NCBI RefSeq assembly: GCF_963506605.1
Contig: NC_083278.1
Span: 120,466,001 to 120,529,522 of the forward strand
Reading direction: 5' to 3'
DNA length: 63,522 bases
Origin: Zootoca vivipara
Taxonomy: Eukaryota
This document shows positions 23,101-33,019 of the stretch, piece by piece. The notes below the pieces were generated by a model, which made no database searches, was not told the origin of the DNA, and saw nothing but the letters and a program-made list of their open reading frames with translations. Numbering within the stretch: the stretch's first letter is position 1; each line of letters starts with the position of its first letter. The translations under genes and the position numbers were made by a program.

Positions 23101-25419
23101 GTCCACAAGCTCCAGGGTAGTAGTAGTAGTAATAATAATAATAATAATAATTTATTATTTTTACCCCGCCCATCCGGCTGGGTTTCCCCAGCCACTCTGG
23201 GCGGCTTCCAACAAAGATTAAAATACATTAAAATGTCACACATTAAAAACTTCACTAAACAGGGCTGCCTTCAGGTGTTTTCTAAATGTAAGGTAGTTGT
23301 TTCTATCTTTGACATCTGATGCGAGGGCATTCCACAGGACAGGCGCCACTACCGAGAAGGCCCTCTGCCTGGTTGCCTGTAGCTTTGCTTCTCGCAGTGA
23401 GGGAACCGCCAGAAGGCCCTCAGTGCTGGCCCTCAGTGTCCGGGCAGAATGATGGGGTGGAGACACTCCTTCAGGTATACTGGGCCAAGGCCGTTTAGGG
23501 CTTTCAAGGTCAGCACTATTATGAGAGAGGTTATGAGAGAGGGAGAAAAAACAGCTCTCTATTCACTTTCTCCAGGCTTTGCATAATTTTACAAACTTTT
23601 GCCATGTCCCTCTTTCTCGCCTTTTCCCTAAATGGAAAAGTCCCAGTTGCTGCAGCCTTCCTTCCTTCCTTCCTTCCTTCCTTCCTTCCTTCCTTCCTTC
23701 CTTCCTTCCTTCCTTCCTTCCTTCCTTCCCATGCTCCTTTTGGTGGCCCTTTCTGAACATCGCTCCCTGTGTCCTTCCTGTCAGATCTCCTTGCTGTGCC
23801 AAGACAGCCAGCCGGCCCCCCAGAAGGAGGTGGCAAGCGCAGAGCCCAGCAGTGGAGGCCGCCGTGCTCTGAGGAAAGCTGCCCAGGCAGCTGGCCACCA
23901 CCTGCAGGAGGCCCTGGCCAAGGAGGCCCTGGCCAAGGAGTGGCCCAGGCGGAAGGTCTGGCAGGACCTGGTTCCCGAGGACCGAAAGGTGCGCCCGTTT
24001 CCTCGGAATCCCTTTGGCCCTGGGAGCAAGAAGAGTCCTGGGAGACCTCAAGGTTGCTGAGGGGCCAGGATACAACAGGGAGCGCTTTTTGCACACTGTA
24101 GAAGCCCCTGCCTCAGGAGGCCTCCCCAGCCTGCTCTCTTGCAGCTTGCAGGGAGGTTGCCCAAAGCTTTTTGTTACGGTTGTTGTCGTCCATCCACCTC
24201 GAGAGGCAATGGAGTGCACTTCCAGGGGTGAAGTCAAATGACTGCATTAGCAGCAGGGAAGGGAGCTCCTCGGGGCGCAAGCCTGGGCCGTGTGTCTGGA
24301 GGTCCTGGGCTGCCCAGACAATCGGCCTCGCTGATGGGGTCCAAAGGAAAGCAGAGCAAGGCGCTGGGCATGGGCTTGGCTTGTTACGACGCGGCTGAGA
24401 TTTTATAGTAATGGCTATTTTAAGGCTTGACATTTTGCCTAATGCTGGAATGGAGTTGGAAGTCCATCAAAGTACAGGTGCAAATGGCAGCACCCCCCCC
24501 CCCGGGGCTGGGAACCCAAGAAGCTGCCTGGGCTCTGGAGGAAGGGGGTATCCCTGGGGCTCAGGAGTCAGGGTGCTTTGCCCCTGGTTAGCTGCAGGGG
24601 GGGGGCTGATGTGTGATTAGCTGGAGGCAGCAGCCCCTGCTCCTCACTCTGCCTTCCGGCTCTGCTCGCTTCTTCTCTTCCTCAGCTGAAATACACTCGC
24701 CCAGGACTGCCTGCTGTCAGCCAGGAGGTTCTGAGCAAGTGGAGGGCAGAGATCAAGGCATGCCGACGGGTCCGCTGCCCAAACCAGGTAACGGGACGGC
24801 TGGGCAAGGCCTGGGATAACAGTGACTTGGGGGAGGCCACCAACTCCCCTTTCAGGGACCCCCCTTCCCATGCTCCTGACTGTACAAGGGCAGCAGAGCT
24901 TCTTTCTCCTTGCCCCCAAACACTTGCAGTGGTTGTTGGGGGGAGGGGCTCTTCCTTGGTGTTCAGCTTCCCACAGAATAATCTGTGGCTGCTCACTCTG
25001 TCCTTTTGCATCGCAATGAAGGTAGAGAGTGGGGAGAGCCTCTAAGTATCTGACTCTGGATTTCCTGCCGCTTCCAGGAGGCCCCTCTTGCTTTCAGGGG
25101 CCACTGACCCCCTTTCCTGCCTCTCTCCTTCCACCACAGGGCTGCGAGTGTGCCTACAGCAGCATCTCGGGCCTCAAGTCCCACCTGGGCAGCTGTACCT
25201 TGGTATGTGCCAGCCTTTCCTTAGGGCTGCAGGATGTGTGGCTTTGGGGGGCTTCTGCTGCCTGCCATTGCCAAAGCACCCCTGGATTCACCACCACCTT
25301 TGCACCCCAACTGGCAGATCCCTCCCTCCACAGAGACTAGACACCTGCACTTAAAATCTGGGGGGGGGCCTCCTTCCGCTTTCTTCCTCCTCCTCCTCCT
25401 CCTCCTCCTCCTCCTCCTC

Positions 25420-25454
<35 letters not shown>

Positions 25455-26097
25455 CGCTGTCTTCCTCAAGTTCTTGCTGCCAGAGATTCTAGGCCACATT
25501 TCCGTCTCGCTGCAGGGGGAGTTTGTGGCTGGGAGATACCGGTGCCTGCTGTGTGAGAAGGAGTTTGTGTCCGAGAGTGGAGTCAAGTACCACATCAACA
25601 CTGTGCATGCGCAGGTGAGGAGCAGGGGGGCTGCGGGGAGTGCGCATGGACCCAACCCAACGCCACAGGCCCTTCTGCCGCCCTCGCGCCCCCGCTGAGG
25701 TCTATGGCCATTGGCCTGGCTGAGCTTGTGCTGGGGCTCCCCCTTCCTCTCGCTCCCACCTCCTGCCTCTCCCCACCCCCAGGACTGGTTTGCTGTTGGC
25801 ACACACACCGCCAAGAGCTTCAAGAAGCTGCTGAAGCAGCAGCAGGAGGAGGAGGAGGCGGAGCAGAAGAGAGCGCCCAGGAAACCTCTGCCCAGCAGGA
25901 GCCGCAGGAAGAGGCCACAGACTGCTGCCTCCCCCAAGAAGGCCACACCCAGGCAAAAGGCAGCGGGGGAGCAGGGGCAGCAGAAGCCAAAGGCCAGCTG
26001 CCCCCAGCGGGCAGGAAGTGGGAGCTGTGAGAAGGAGGAGGAGGAGGAGGATGGCCCTTCCCCTCTGAAGCTCAGCCACAGGAGAGGGAGGGAGTAG
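11147..26097 (+). CDS. ZNF512: Zinc finger protein 512 (most 5' exon(s) and start codon unresolved)
   Basis: Exons 11147-11330, 13080-13169, 13514-13597, 13974-14098, 21516-21602, 22048-22143, 22364-22531, 23785-23988, 24686-24787, 25140-25202, 25516-25614, 25783-26097 are GT-AG and in phase. Peptides [49 protein letters not shown] and [17 protein letters not shown] match recalled ZNF512. AATAAA at 26526-26531. Confidence 0.94.
12076..12680 (-). mobile_element. L2-type LINE fragments
   Basis: [21 protein letters not shown] and LGVILDSQL; the shared 3' tail lies at ~12550-12680. Confidence 0.8.
12812..13020. mobile_element. Tc1/mariner (Tigger-like) MITE
   Basis: TA-CAGTGGTACCTC...GAGGTACCACTA-TA. 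Confidence 0.8.
14556..15330 (+). mobile_element. L2-type LINE 3' portion interrupted by a CR1 3'-end insertion (~14760-14876)
   Basis: [14 protein letters not shown]...[13 protein letters not shown], then LHWLPV...[15 protein letters not shown]. The insert ends in CCAACTCTATGATTCTATGA. Confidence 0.85.
15336..15395 (+). repeat. (CTT)n microsatellite
   Basis: Direct reading. Confidence 0.95.
15658..16085 (+). repeat. 5' LTR
   Basis: TGTGAGG...GTGACA, a direct repeat of 21043-21470. Tandem AATAAA at ~16016-16029. Confidence 0.97.
16128..17354 (+). CDS. gag: Retrotransposon Gag (coiled coil, capsid, CCHC zinc knuckle)
   Basis: ATG at 16128 within ORF 16104-17354. [27 protein letters not shown] and [14 protein letters not shown] (CX2CX4HX4C). 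Confidence 0.93.
   Translation: MSVSEAEKWRQIAEQAQLELQQLSLQAQGELKAAKEETKKVQDDRLQLAEQVRELQEKEQHLRAVAVDLQNKLDAEKNKAGGAPQVQVLPGRRAGTLVSKFNGDPKEFQGFETEIVYALELHQNEFPDDEHRVAFIVEHLTGAAREWLRPLIATKNPCMKNVQQFLEGLRTMYSSDSHLDQTKEELHNLRQGNMTVRAYWAKFTMLVHRLGWVLDSPPMQAAFYLGLSEEVKDELSRGPKPSTMDQLSKAALAVGVRQESRWNDKQATRAKRAWFPRSQEKPLPQQPFQATPGASQDQEPMQIDSARARAFQTPAAPRRKEGRGGNCFLCNSPQHLVRDCPHRREWQGKAGTVVPSPTDAAPQQGNGKAWLQETRGSSQAQSADNSPSPPTRTERCRASPPLPEQEWF
17219..17290 (+). promoter_or_regulatory. -1 ribosomal frameshift signal (G GGA AAC plus stem-loop/pseudoknot)
   Basis: Slippery heptamer GGGAAAC at 17219-17225 is phased correctly in the gag frame, and pol is the -1 frame. Perfect 10-bp stem GCCTGGCTGC/GCAGCCAGGC follows; loop GGGGC could pair with a downstream GCCCC. 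Confidence 0.85.
17219..21346 (+). CDS. pol: Pol (protease-RT-RNase H-integrase-chromodomain plus C-terminal extension), expressed by -1 frameshift
   Basis: LIDSGAS protease; LDLRGAY, MPFGL and FLDDILI in RT; TDAS and TDHKNL in RNase H; HDNPTAGH...CTTC zinc-binding domain; SMDF, SDRG and QAER catalytic DDE; GPF motif; chromodomain. No internal stops in the 1344-codon ORF. Confidence 0.96.
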   Translation, partial: GKRESLAAGDKGQQPGTVSRQQPQPAHPHREVQSQPTPPRAGVVLEVTLTLPNGYPLTVLALIDSGASANFFSSSFAEEHQIQLLQLDFPLHVATIDGRELLGGAITHQTPPMRMTVGRHSETLAFNVTTISDPPIVLGMSWLARHDLSISWHQRCITFGSDFCLEHCMQHQPGEGPPIATVATMHIKGGEAIPKQYWDLQEVFSEAESDHLPPHRPFDCQINLVPGATIPPAKLYAMSDQELEDLRAFIDKNLKRGFIRESKAAGGSPVFWVDKKDTQQRRLVVDFRRLNSVTEPVAFPMPRVDDLLTAARRGKIFTKLDLRGAYNLIRIREGDEWKTTMFTPLGSFEYLVMPFGLQGGSACFQAFMHHVLGSLLFRKCLVFLDDILIYSNDPVQHVKDVREVLQRLKENHLYVKLEKCKFHTKEVDFLGYKLSDKGLAMDKDKVQAILDWHSPRTRKDAQRLLGFANFYRKFIKNFSRVTAPITDCLRGKQKFKWTPEAQAAFESLKRVFASDQNLFHVVQDAPLRIETDASEKAVGAILLQLDANREWRPCAFFSRKLTQPERNYTVFDRELLAIYAAFQHWRHFLVGAKHPIQVCTDHKNLEFWRTARVLNQRQIRWAEFFSNFNFSIHYIPGEQNVRADALSRKPEYMEEEAPPAPRHIFPPSAWSCGAAVVSEAELTALTAADEFANRILRELRGGREQAKDFAERRGLLFYKGALYLPTTQLRRTVLKQMHDNPTAGHFGRDKTAHLVMRHFWWPGVREDVRDYVRGCTTCQRAKVVRAAPPGLLEPLATPHRPWEVVSMDFITDLPSSRGKTAVLVVVDLMSKMCHFIPCARAVSAEETAKLFVDHIFRLHGLPLRVISDRGRQFVSRFWRRLMNLLQVEVSLSTARHPQTNGQAERVNAILQQYLRCYVSQRQTDWVDRLPLAEFAYNNAVHVSTGVSPFKANYGRDLRSFPEREREEEEEEGPQAEDWAEELETVHQQLREHLERAKEAYKKGADRHRRQGEVIRVGDKVWLSSEGLPTRGRCKKLAPKRLGPFTVTQQVNPVAYRLALPEDMRVHPVFHRSLLSPYRESSRLRDSEQTPEGGGEREGREQLNEATAILDSRWGVGGLEYLMAWEDAPPSQNEWVPATQIQEEFLVEEFHALFPHRPKPWHMEREGEEEEARESSSPWRWEAEFEEPEDEVWVSPRSTQSEEGADWQNVFTPTSSDATDFLGFPSAQAEGGGSQDWGEVFTPTGSESTEFLGFQSSPTHGGGLGRGEGELGRGVDVRDRGYREVPPLLSSSPSPSKGESRESSDSSGEAGSRVRGSGKVEEPGSQVGQEGASKGGRPIPPTPELRRKRRGKRMGLPKLLCWRKTRQKPLGGSETD
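21043..21470 (+). repeat. 3' LTR
   Basis: No difference from the 5' LTR found by eye; the ORF-track translations over both copies are the same. Confidence 0.97.
23150..23517 (-). mobile_element. L2-type LINE 3' end
   Basis: Reverse complement of ~14965-15330. Confidence 0.85.
23656..23730 (+). repeat. (CTTC)n microsatellite
   Basis: Direct reading. Confidence 0.95.
25385..25443 (+). repeat. (CTC)n microsatellite
   Basis: Direct reading. Confidence 0.95.
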
Positions 26098-27387
26098 TGG
26101 CCCCCCTCTGGTCTCTCAGGGTGGGGAGGGATTCCTAGAAAGGAAGGGGATCCTCTGGCCACACGCCTCCTCGCATCCTGCCCTCCAGCCCACCTCAGGC
26201 GGCCTGGGTTGCTCAAGTGACTGACTGGAGAAGAACAACCCCCGCTCCCCACAAGCTCAGCAGGGCTTACTTCTGAGGAGGCACATCAAGGACTCTGGTC
26301 CTCCCAGGTGAGGCCACACTCTCCAGGCAAGGAGCCACCAGAGGTGGGGTTTCCTCCCTATCCTCAGGCAGGCAGCTGTGCCCCAACCCCGGGAGCAAAC
26401 GGGGCACTGCAGATGGAGCGTCGCTGAAAATCTTACCATAGCAAAACACACATTCCAAGGTAATTTTCACATTTAATTAGTTATCAAAAAACCAAAATTA
26501 GTTACATGAAATTACTGAAATTGTGAATAAAAGTTTTATATAATCCTCTGGGTAATTTGTATTTGTTTAATAACATAAATCAAAACAGCATATTGAATTG
26601 TATGAAGTTTGCTGGTTTTCATGGGTAGTGTTACATGAAGGCAGCCCTGTTTAGGGAGGCTTTTAATGTTTAATAGATTATTTCATTTCATTTTTCTGTT
26701 GGAAGCTGCCCAGAGTGGCTGGGGAAACCCAGCCAGATGGGCGGGGTATAAATAATAAATTATTGTTATTATACCCAGGTGTAACAATGCATGAATTCCA
26801 GATTGTATGTCACATCTTATAGATTGATTTGTAAATAAGATGGATGGATTCTCTTCTGTACCCATTTCTGAGCATTGAGTTTTCAAAAAACTGTGGGTGC
26901 CCCTCCAGTGACTTCCGGCGCATCAAGCCCCCCCCCACTGGAGCCCCCAGGAGAGGTCCCTTTCTGCCCTGCTGCTCCTGAGAACCCTCCGTCAGGAGAA
27001 GCAGTCCTGGGAAGGTGGCTGCACCCACTGGGTGCCAGGCTAACCTCACAATGTGTTGCTGTAGCAACAAGATAAACGGAACCGCAGGAGGACGGTGGAT
27101 TGCCTGGGAGAGTAGCTGGTGCATATGGGATAACCGCTGCTGGCCTGGCCCTCTGTGAGCGGGTTGGAAAGGGGTCCATAGGGCAGGCCTCCTTTCAGTG
27201 CCTTTGGAGCTAAACCAGCAACTCCCTGCAATGGAGGAGTCTCCTGTGCCAAACCAAGAGAGGTCTTGACCCTTTGCTTTCCTCCGTTGCCTGTCTTAGA
27301 GCTGTGTGGAGCTGGCTGATCTTGACTGACCCAGGCCTGGCCAGGGGTCTGTGGCCCTGAGAGCGCAGCCAGGGCGAGGGGGCTAGG

Positions 27388-28833
27388 ATGCAGTCACTGG
27401 AGCCTGGGCAGGAGGCCGGTCCCGAAGACTGGCAAGCCACCGAGCTGGCCAATCTCTGCCCACCCCCTCTAAGCCGGGGCAGCGGGACAGTGGTGGAGTC
27501 CCCATTGCTGGACCCTCTGCTACTCAGCCAGGAGATGCGAGAGCAGCTGACAGCTCACCTCCAACGGAAGCGGCTGCAGCTGCTGTGGGGCTTGCCTGGC
27601 CTGGTGCACAGCTCCCTGGAGAGGTCTGTGCCAGCCCTGCCGGGCTTCCTGGCATGCACAGCCCCGCAGGCAGCCACCGACCACCAGAGGCCCCTTTTCA
27701 AGGTGGAGAGGAGGCAGTGCCTGGAGCACCACCTGAGGGAGAAAGCAGTGCATCGCAAGTGGGGCCTCCCCAAGAGGGTCTGCAAAGCCCTCTGCTGGCC
27801 GCTGCCGCCTCCCGGGACACCTCTGGCCCAGGCAGCCCCACAGCAGGAGAGGCCCTCTTCGAAAGGGAGCAGCTCTCCAAAGCCACACAGCGTTGCGGCA
27901 CTGCTGGCTTGTTCTGCCATGACCATGGCAGCCAAAGGCGGCAGAAGCTGGTGCAGCCCAGAAGCAACACAGGAGCCTTGGCCACTGGACTCGGGAATGC
28001 CACGCCTGCTTGGGAAGCAGTGGGAAGGTCTTCCAGGGACTGAGATACGGGAGCTGGGTGGGGATGGCCCCTGGAACAGCCTGGCCACCTTGGAGCTCCT
28101 CCAGGTCCATCTGCCCTCAGCCACAGCCCACCCGGACGGGGCTCAGAGCCTGCCTGGGGAGGCGGATGCTAGTGCAGAACTCCAGCGCTGCAAGAGGCAG
28201 CAGCCAAGCTGGGGCCAGGCACCCCTTGCCCAAGGATGTCCTCCTGCAGAGAAGCGTCCTCTTGCCGCAGCCGCCCAAGGGAAGATGAAGCCTGAGGAAG
28301 GGATCTGGGTCCCACTTCAGCCAGCCGGGGATTCCCGCCAGACTGCCAGGGCCATCACAGATACCCAAAGAGAGCTGCCTCCACCAACCAGTAAACAGGA
28401 TGCCGCCCAGCTGGATCTGGTCCTTTGGGATCTGACCCCAGCCTTGGTTTCCCTCACAGGTGGCAGGGAGCAGGCCCCTGAGTGCCACCAAGTGAGCCCC
28501 CCCCTGACTGAGCGGACTTGTTGTGCTCACTCCGCCTTCTGCCGCCGCCACCAGGAGGCCGCTTTGAAGCCCTGTCCCACAAGCCTCCTGGGGAAAGCGG
28601 GGTCTCACACCCCTGAGGGGCTGGGCAGGCAAGCTAGTTCACCACGAGCAACAGACCTTTCCACAACCAGTCCCAGAGCAAATCCAGGATGTGAAAGATT
28701 TCTTACAACTGACAAAAAGCAGTACTTTGAGTTCCACCTGCGCGAGAAGCTTCTGCATCAGCGGTGGGGGGTGCCCAGGAGGGTGAAGGAGTCTGTGGCC
28801 AGGTCGGCCCTGGTGCAAAGCACCATCAGGTGA
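27388..28833 (+). CDS. SPATA31/FAM75-family-like ORF (positional counterpart of human C2orf16/SPATA31H1); possibly one large exon of a spliced gene
   Basis: 481-codon ORF with three copies of L/F-x-x-H-L-x-x-K-(x5)-W-G-L/V-P-x-x-V-x-x-S/A, resembling recalled SPATA31 motifs. Lies next to ZNF512. Ends at a CAG|GTGAG donor-like site; AATAAA at ~29113. Confidence 0.6.
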   Translation: MQSLEPGQEAGPEDWQATELANLCPPPLSRGSGTVVESPLLDPLLLSQEMREQLTAHLQRKRLQLLWGLPGLVHSSLERSVPALPGFLACTAPQAATDHQRPLFKVERRQCLEHHLREKAVHRKWGLPKRVCKALCWPLPPPGTPLAQAAPQQERPSSKGSSSPKPHSVAALLACSAMTMAAKGGRSWCSPEATQEPWPLDSGMPRLLGKQWEGLPGTEIRELGGDGPWNSLATLELLQVHLPSATAHPDGAQSLPGEADASAELQRCKRQQPSWGQAPLAQGCPPAEKRPLAAAAQGKMKPEEGIWVPLQPAGDSRQTARAITDTQRELPPPTSKQDAAQLDLVLWDLTPALVSLTGGREQAPECHQVSPPLTERTCCAHSAFCRRHQEAALKPCPTSLLGKAGSHTPEGLGRQASSPRATDLSTTSPRANPGCERFLTTDKKQYFEFHLREKLLHQRWGVPRRVKESVARSALVQSTIR

Positions 28834-29286
28834 GCCCTCCCCCTTGCACAGGACCTGCCCCATGTGATGCTGCCAAGATGCAGGAGCCCAGCTGGCTGCA
28901 AGGAGCCTCGCTGTTCCTCGATGCTGCAAGGAGAGGTCGGTCCAGAACCCCATCCACACCCCTGAGACACAAGTCAGATGAGGAGCTCAAGCTGTTGTGT
29001 GAGCAGCCTGGCTAGAAGATGGCAGTGCAAGACAGGCATGCTCGTCATACTGGGCTTGGGTGAGTCCTCAGCACCACTGCTTTGGACTGGAGTGCAGATA
29101 TTTTGAGCAGGAAATAAATACATTGCTTCTGATGAAGTTTAATTGAGGATTAAATCTGTAAAGTAAAATCAAAACCTCCTATCCCACATGTGGGGGAGCA
29201 CTGAGAGCAAACATGCTGTGAAGCCCCTTTAGCAGAGTAAAAATACTTAGGCACTTTTGCAGCTTACTGGAATCTCGGAATTAGGC

Positions 29287-29422
29287 CAGGCATCCCCAAA
29301 CTGCGGCCCTCCAGATGTTTTGGCCTACAACTCCCATGATCCCTAGCTAACAGGACCAGTGGTCGGGGAAGATAGGAATTGTAGTCCAAAACATCTGGAG
29401 GGCCGAAGTTTGGGGATGCCTG
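29287..29422. mobile_element. Palindromic hAT MITE
   Basis: CAGGCATCCCCAAACT...AGTTTGGGGATGCCTG with TSD AATTAGGC. Confidence 0.9.
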
Positions 29423-29879
29423 AATTAGGCAATTACATCTCTTATCCCTGTTCATTTGTGGTCTGCTGACCTTTCCCCTCTCTGTCCCCTTTGCTAAGAA
29501 TGAACTACATGTTTTAGTAAGATAAACAAAAGGTTTACTTACATTTCAATGCAGGCAACAAATCATCAAAGTAATATGCTGGCAAAAAATACTTCTTTGT
29601 TACAAAATACAAAGTTAGTTTTTAAAATGGAGTCTGAGCTCTGAGCAGAGCCTAGGAATATACTAGGGTTGCCATATTTCAACAAGTAAAAATCTGGACA
29701 CAATTTTTTGTTTTGCAACCCCCCCCCCCAAAAAAAATCACTTCTGACATGGTTTGCCGTATGTCCAGGTTTTCCTGGACATTTTTGTGATTTTTGGAAA
29801 TTCTGCCTGGACACTATTTCCAATGGATGAATCCCAAATATGTATGGGAAAACCCAGATGTATGGGAGCCCTACTATAC

Positions 29880-30744
29880 GCTTCTCTGGAGCAGCAGAAA
29901 ACAACCTTTCTCCCTCCTCTATATGACATCCTTTTATATATTTGAACATGACTATCATATCACCCCTTAACCTTCTCTTCTCCAGGCTAAACATACCCAG
30001 CTCCCTAAGCCGTTCCTCATAAGGCATCGTTTCCAGGCCTTTGACCAATTTGGTTGCCCTCTTCTGGACACGTTCCAGCTTGTCAGTATCCTTCTTGAAC
30101 TGTGGTGCCCAGAACTGAACACAGTACTCCAGGTGAGGTCTGACCAGAGCAGAATACAGTGGTACTATTACTTCCCTTGATCTAGATGCTATATTCCTAT
30201 TGATGCAGCCCAGAATTGCATTGGCTTTTTTAGCTGCTGCATCACACTGTTGACTCATGTCAAGTTTGTGGTCTACCAGGACTCCTAGATCCTTTTCACA
30301 TGTACTGCTCTCAAGCCAGGTGTCTCCCATCCTGTATTTGTGCCTTTCTCCCCCCCCCCCCAAGTGTAGTACTTTACATTTCTCCTTGTTAAAATTCATC
30401 TTGTTTGCTTTGGCCCAGTTGTCTAATCTGTTAAGGTCATTTTGAAGTGTGATCCTGTCCTCTGGGGTATTAGCCACCCCTCCCAATTTGGTGTCATCTG
30501 CAAACTTGCTCAGGTTGCCCTCAAGCCCATCATCCAAGTCATTGATAAAGATGTTGAATAAGACTGGGCCCAAGACAGAACCCTGTGGCACCCCACTAGT
30601 CACTACTCTCCAGGTTGAGGAGGAGCCATTAATGAGCACCCTTTGGGTTCGGTCAGTCAGCCAGTTACAAATCCACTGAATGGTAGCATTGTCTAGCCTG
30701 CATTTTACCAGCTTCTTTACAAGAATATCATGGGGCACCTTGTC
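29880..30744 (-). mobile_element. CR1 LINE RT C-terminal fragment
   Basis: [53 protein letters not shown]. Confidence 0.93.
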
Positions 30745-32064
30745 AGGGCTGTTAACACCTGGTTTGGCAGTTAGGAGGGGTATCCTAAGTTTGTGTTGTC
30801 ACATCTTGAGAATTATGGCATCCCTGTTCCATACATGCCATGAGTCAGGTCTCCTTCCCTCCACCCTGGGATCACAATTTTTATCACCTTTCTGAAGTAA
30901 ATAAAACCATCTATTTGACTAATTTTTGTGAATTTCCATGCTTCAGAAAATGGGGTTTCCTTGCCTTATTATGAAAACTGGGAACCCAGTATAACTGAGG
31001 GAAACATACAGAAGTTCGTGGTCATGTGGGCGTGTCTTGCTCAGTAGCAGGGCAAGCTCCTGTGTCCTGGAGCTCTGCTGTGTCATAGAATCATATCAGA
31101 ATCATATTCATAGAATCGTATTCAGATAAAGATGCTGAATAAGACTGGGCCCTTACGCATAGCATGCCAATGCTTCTGAGGAGTAGGTTGGGTGCCCCTC
31201 CTTTGTCCATAACAGGTCAGTGGCTGAGCAGCTGCTTTGCATGCAGAATGTGACGTGACCCGGCCAGAGGCCTCCTGAAATGTCTCAGGTAGAAACCATA
31301 CATTGCCAAGGAGTGGATGTAGGGAGATCCCTCACCTGGGTGCTATCTTGGCTCAGCTAAGTCACGACCCTGATCCTTACCATTGCTGAACCACAGCCAA
31401 AGATCTGCCCGCACCCCCAACATACCTCCTGGTTTTCTTAGCCTGAGTCGTGAGGCTTCCTTAAGTACAGAAGAGCCCCTGAGATGGCTTCCCTCATCTG
31501 TCCCTGCAGAATGAGAGCTTGCCTCCCATCCTGTTTTATGAACAGATTTTCTATCTCAACTCACCACCCCTCTACAAAGCAATTTGTAAAGCAGCAACCT
31601 AAAAAAATTGCAAACTGGGGAAAGAATAAGATATTAAACCACATTAAGTAATATTACAACAGCAGCAGTTAAGCCAAACTGATTAAAATGGGTTCAGTAC
31701 AGATGGGATAAAGTTCAGTGCATAGTTGAACTATGGAACTCCCTCCCACAGGAGGCAGCGTTGGCCACCAGATGGGATGACTTCAATAGAGGCCTTCACA
31801 AATTTATGGAGAGGGCTAGCGATGGCTACTAGTCAGCCTGGAGGCTATACTCTGTCCCACAGTCAATGATGCTGGATTCCAGATGCTGGCAGCCTCAGGC
31901 GTGGAGAGCGCTCTTCTGCTCGGATCCTGCTTGCAGCCGGTTTCCCACAGGCATCTGGTCGGACACCGTGAGAACAGGAGGCTGGACTAGGTGAGCCACT
32001 GGCCTGATCGATCCTCCAGGCTCCTCGTAGGCTCGTCTTAAGGCTCTCACCGCCAGGACCCTGT

Positions 32065-33015
32065 TCACCGTCTCAGCAGTTGCGCGGCTGGCCTGGAGGC
32101 AGCTCGTCTGCCCTGCGCCTCGGGGAAGGGGCGCCCGCCCTCCTGCTTCTCCGCGCGTCCCTGCTGCCGGTCGCTCTCGCCGCGGCGCAGGAGGGCCAAG
32201 TCGCGCAGCGATTCATGCTGCCGCCGCAAGCGCTGCACGTGATCCTCTAGCCGGCTCTTGTGCGCCTGCAGCGCCCGTGCCCTCGCCACCAGCCGCGCCA
32301 GCTCCTGCCTCAGCTCCCGGTTCTGCCGCTGCGCCTCCCGGCTGTGCTCCAGCAGGCACCGCGCGGCCACCTGGTGCGCCTCTCCGGCCACGCGCGCCGC
32401 CCGCTCTCGTGCCTCGCGCTCCTGCGCCGCCTTGGCTTGCGCGAAGCGCGCCGCCGCCTCCTGCCGCCGCTGCACGTGCTCCTTGCGGGCCGCTGCCTGC
32501 GCGCGCTGTAGCTCCCGCACGCGGCCGGCCTGCTCCTGCTGCAGCGCGCGCACACCGCGCAGTTCCTCCAGCTCGGTGCGCAGCCGGGCCAACTCGGCCT
32601 CCTGGCGGAGCACCTCTGCGCGCAGCACCGCCTCCTGCTCTGCGGAGCGGGCCAGCAGCTCCCGGTGCTCGCGCTGGATCTGCGCTAGGAGCTGCTGGCT
32701 CTCGTCGCCCAGTGACACGGCCGCCCCCTCCCGCCGCTGCGCCCGCTTGGCCACGTAGTCCAGGAACTCCCGACTCTCGGCGCGCAGCTGCTGTGCCTCC
32801 TGCTCCAGGAGCTCGTGCTGCGCCCGCAGCTGCGCCCGCCGCCCGCGCAGCCGCTCCAGCTCCCGGCAGACGAGCTCCAGCTCCCCCTGCAGCGGCGAGG
32901 CACCTTCCTGCGGCGGGCTACCCCCAGAGTCCTCGGCGCCGCTCCCGGGGGGTGCGCGTTCTGTCCCAGCTGGCTGCGCCTGCGGCAGCGTCTTCCCCCG
33001 GCGCTTGCGAGGCAT
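32065..33015 (-). CDS. CCDC121: Coiled-coil protein of the CCDC121/CCDC166 (DUF4515) family, single coding exon, 316 aa
   Basis: Long Glu/Arg/Gln/Ala heptad ORF with ESREFLDYV and QRQNRELRQEL. Pyrimidine tract plus AG acceptor just upstream of the ATG. Synteny with GPN1/ZNF512/GCKR favours CCDC121. Confidence 0.8.
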   Translation of the reverse strand: MPRKRRGKTLPQAQPAGTERAPPGSGAEDSGGSPPQEGASPLQGELELVCRELERLRGRRAQLRAQHELLEQEAQQLRAESREFLDYVAKRAQRREGAAVSLGDESQQLLAQIQREHRELLARSAEQEAVLRAEVLRQEAELARLRTELEELRGVRALQQEQAGRVRELQRAQAAARKEHVQRRQEAAARFAQAKAAQEREARERAARVAGEAHQVAARCLLEHSREAQRQNRELRQELARLVARARALQAHKSRLEDHVQRLRRQHESLRDLALLRRGESDRQQGRAEKQEGGRPFPEAQGRRAASRPAAQLLRR

Positions 33016-33019
33016 CCTG

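Noticed and set aside
29566-30738. 390-aa ORF as a gene
   Set aside because: A CR1 RT fragment reading through into an unrelated DNA-transposon remnant.
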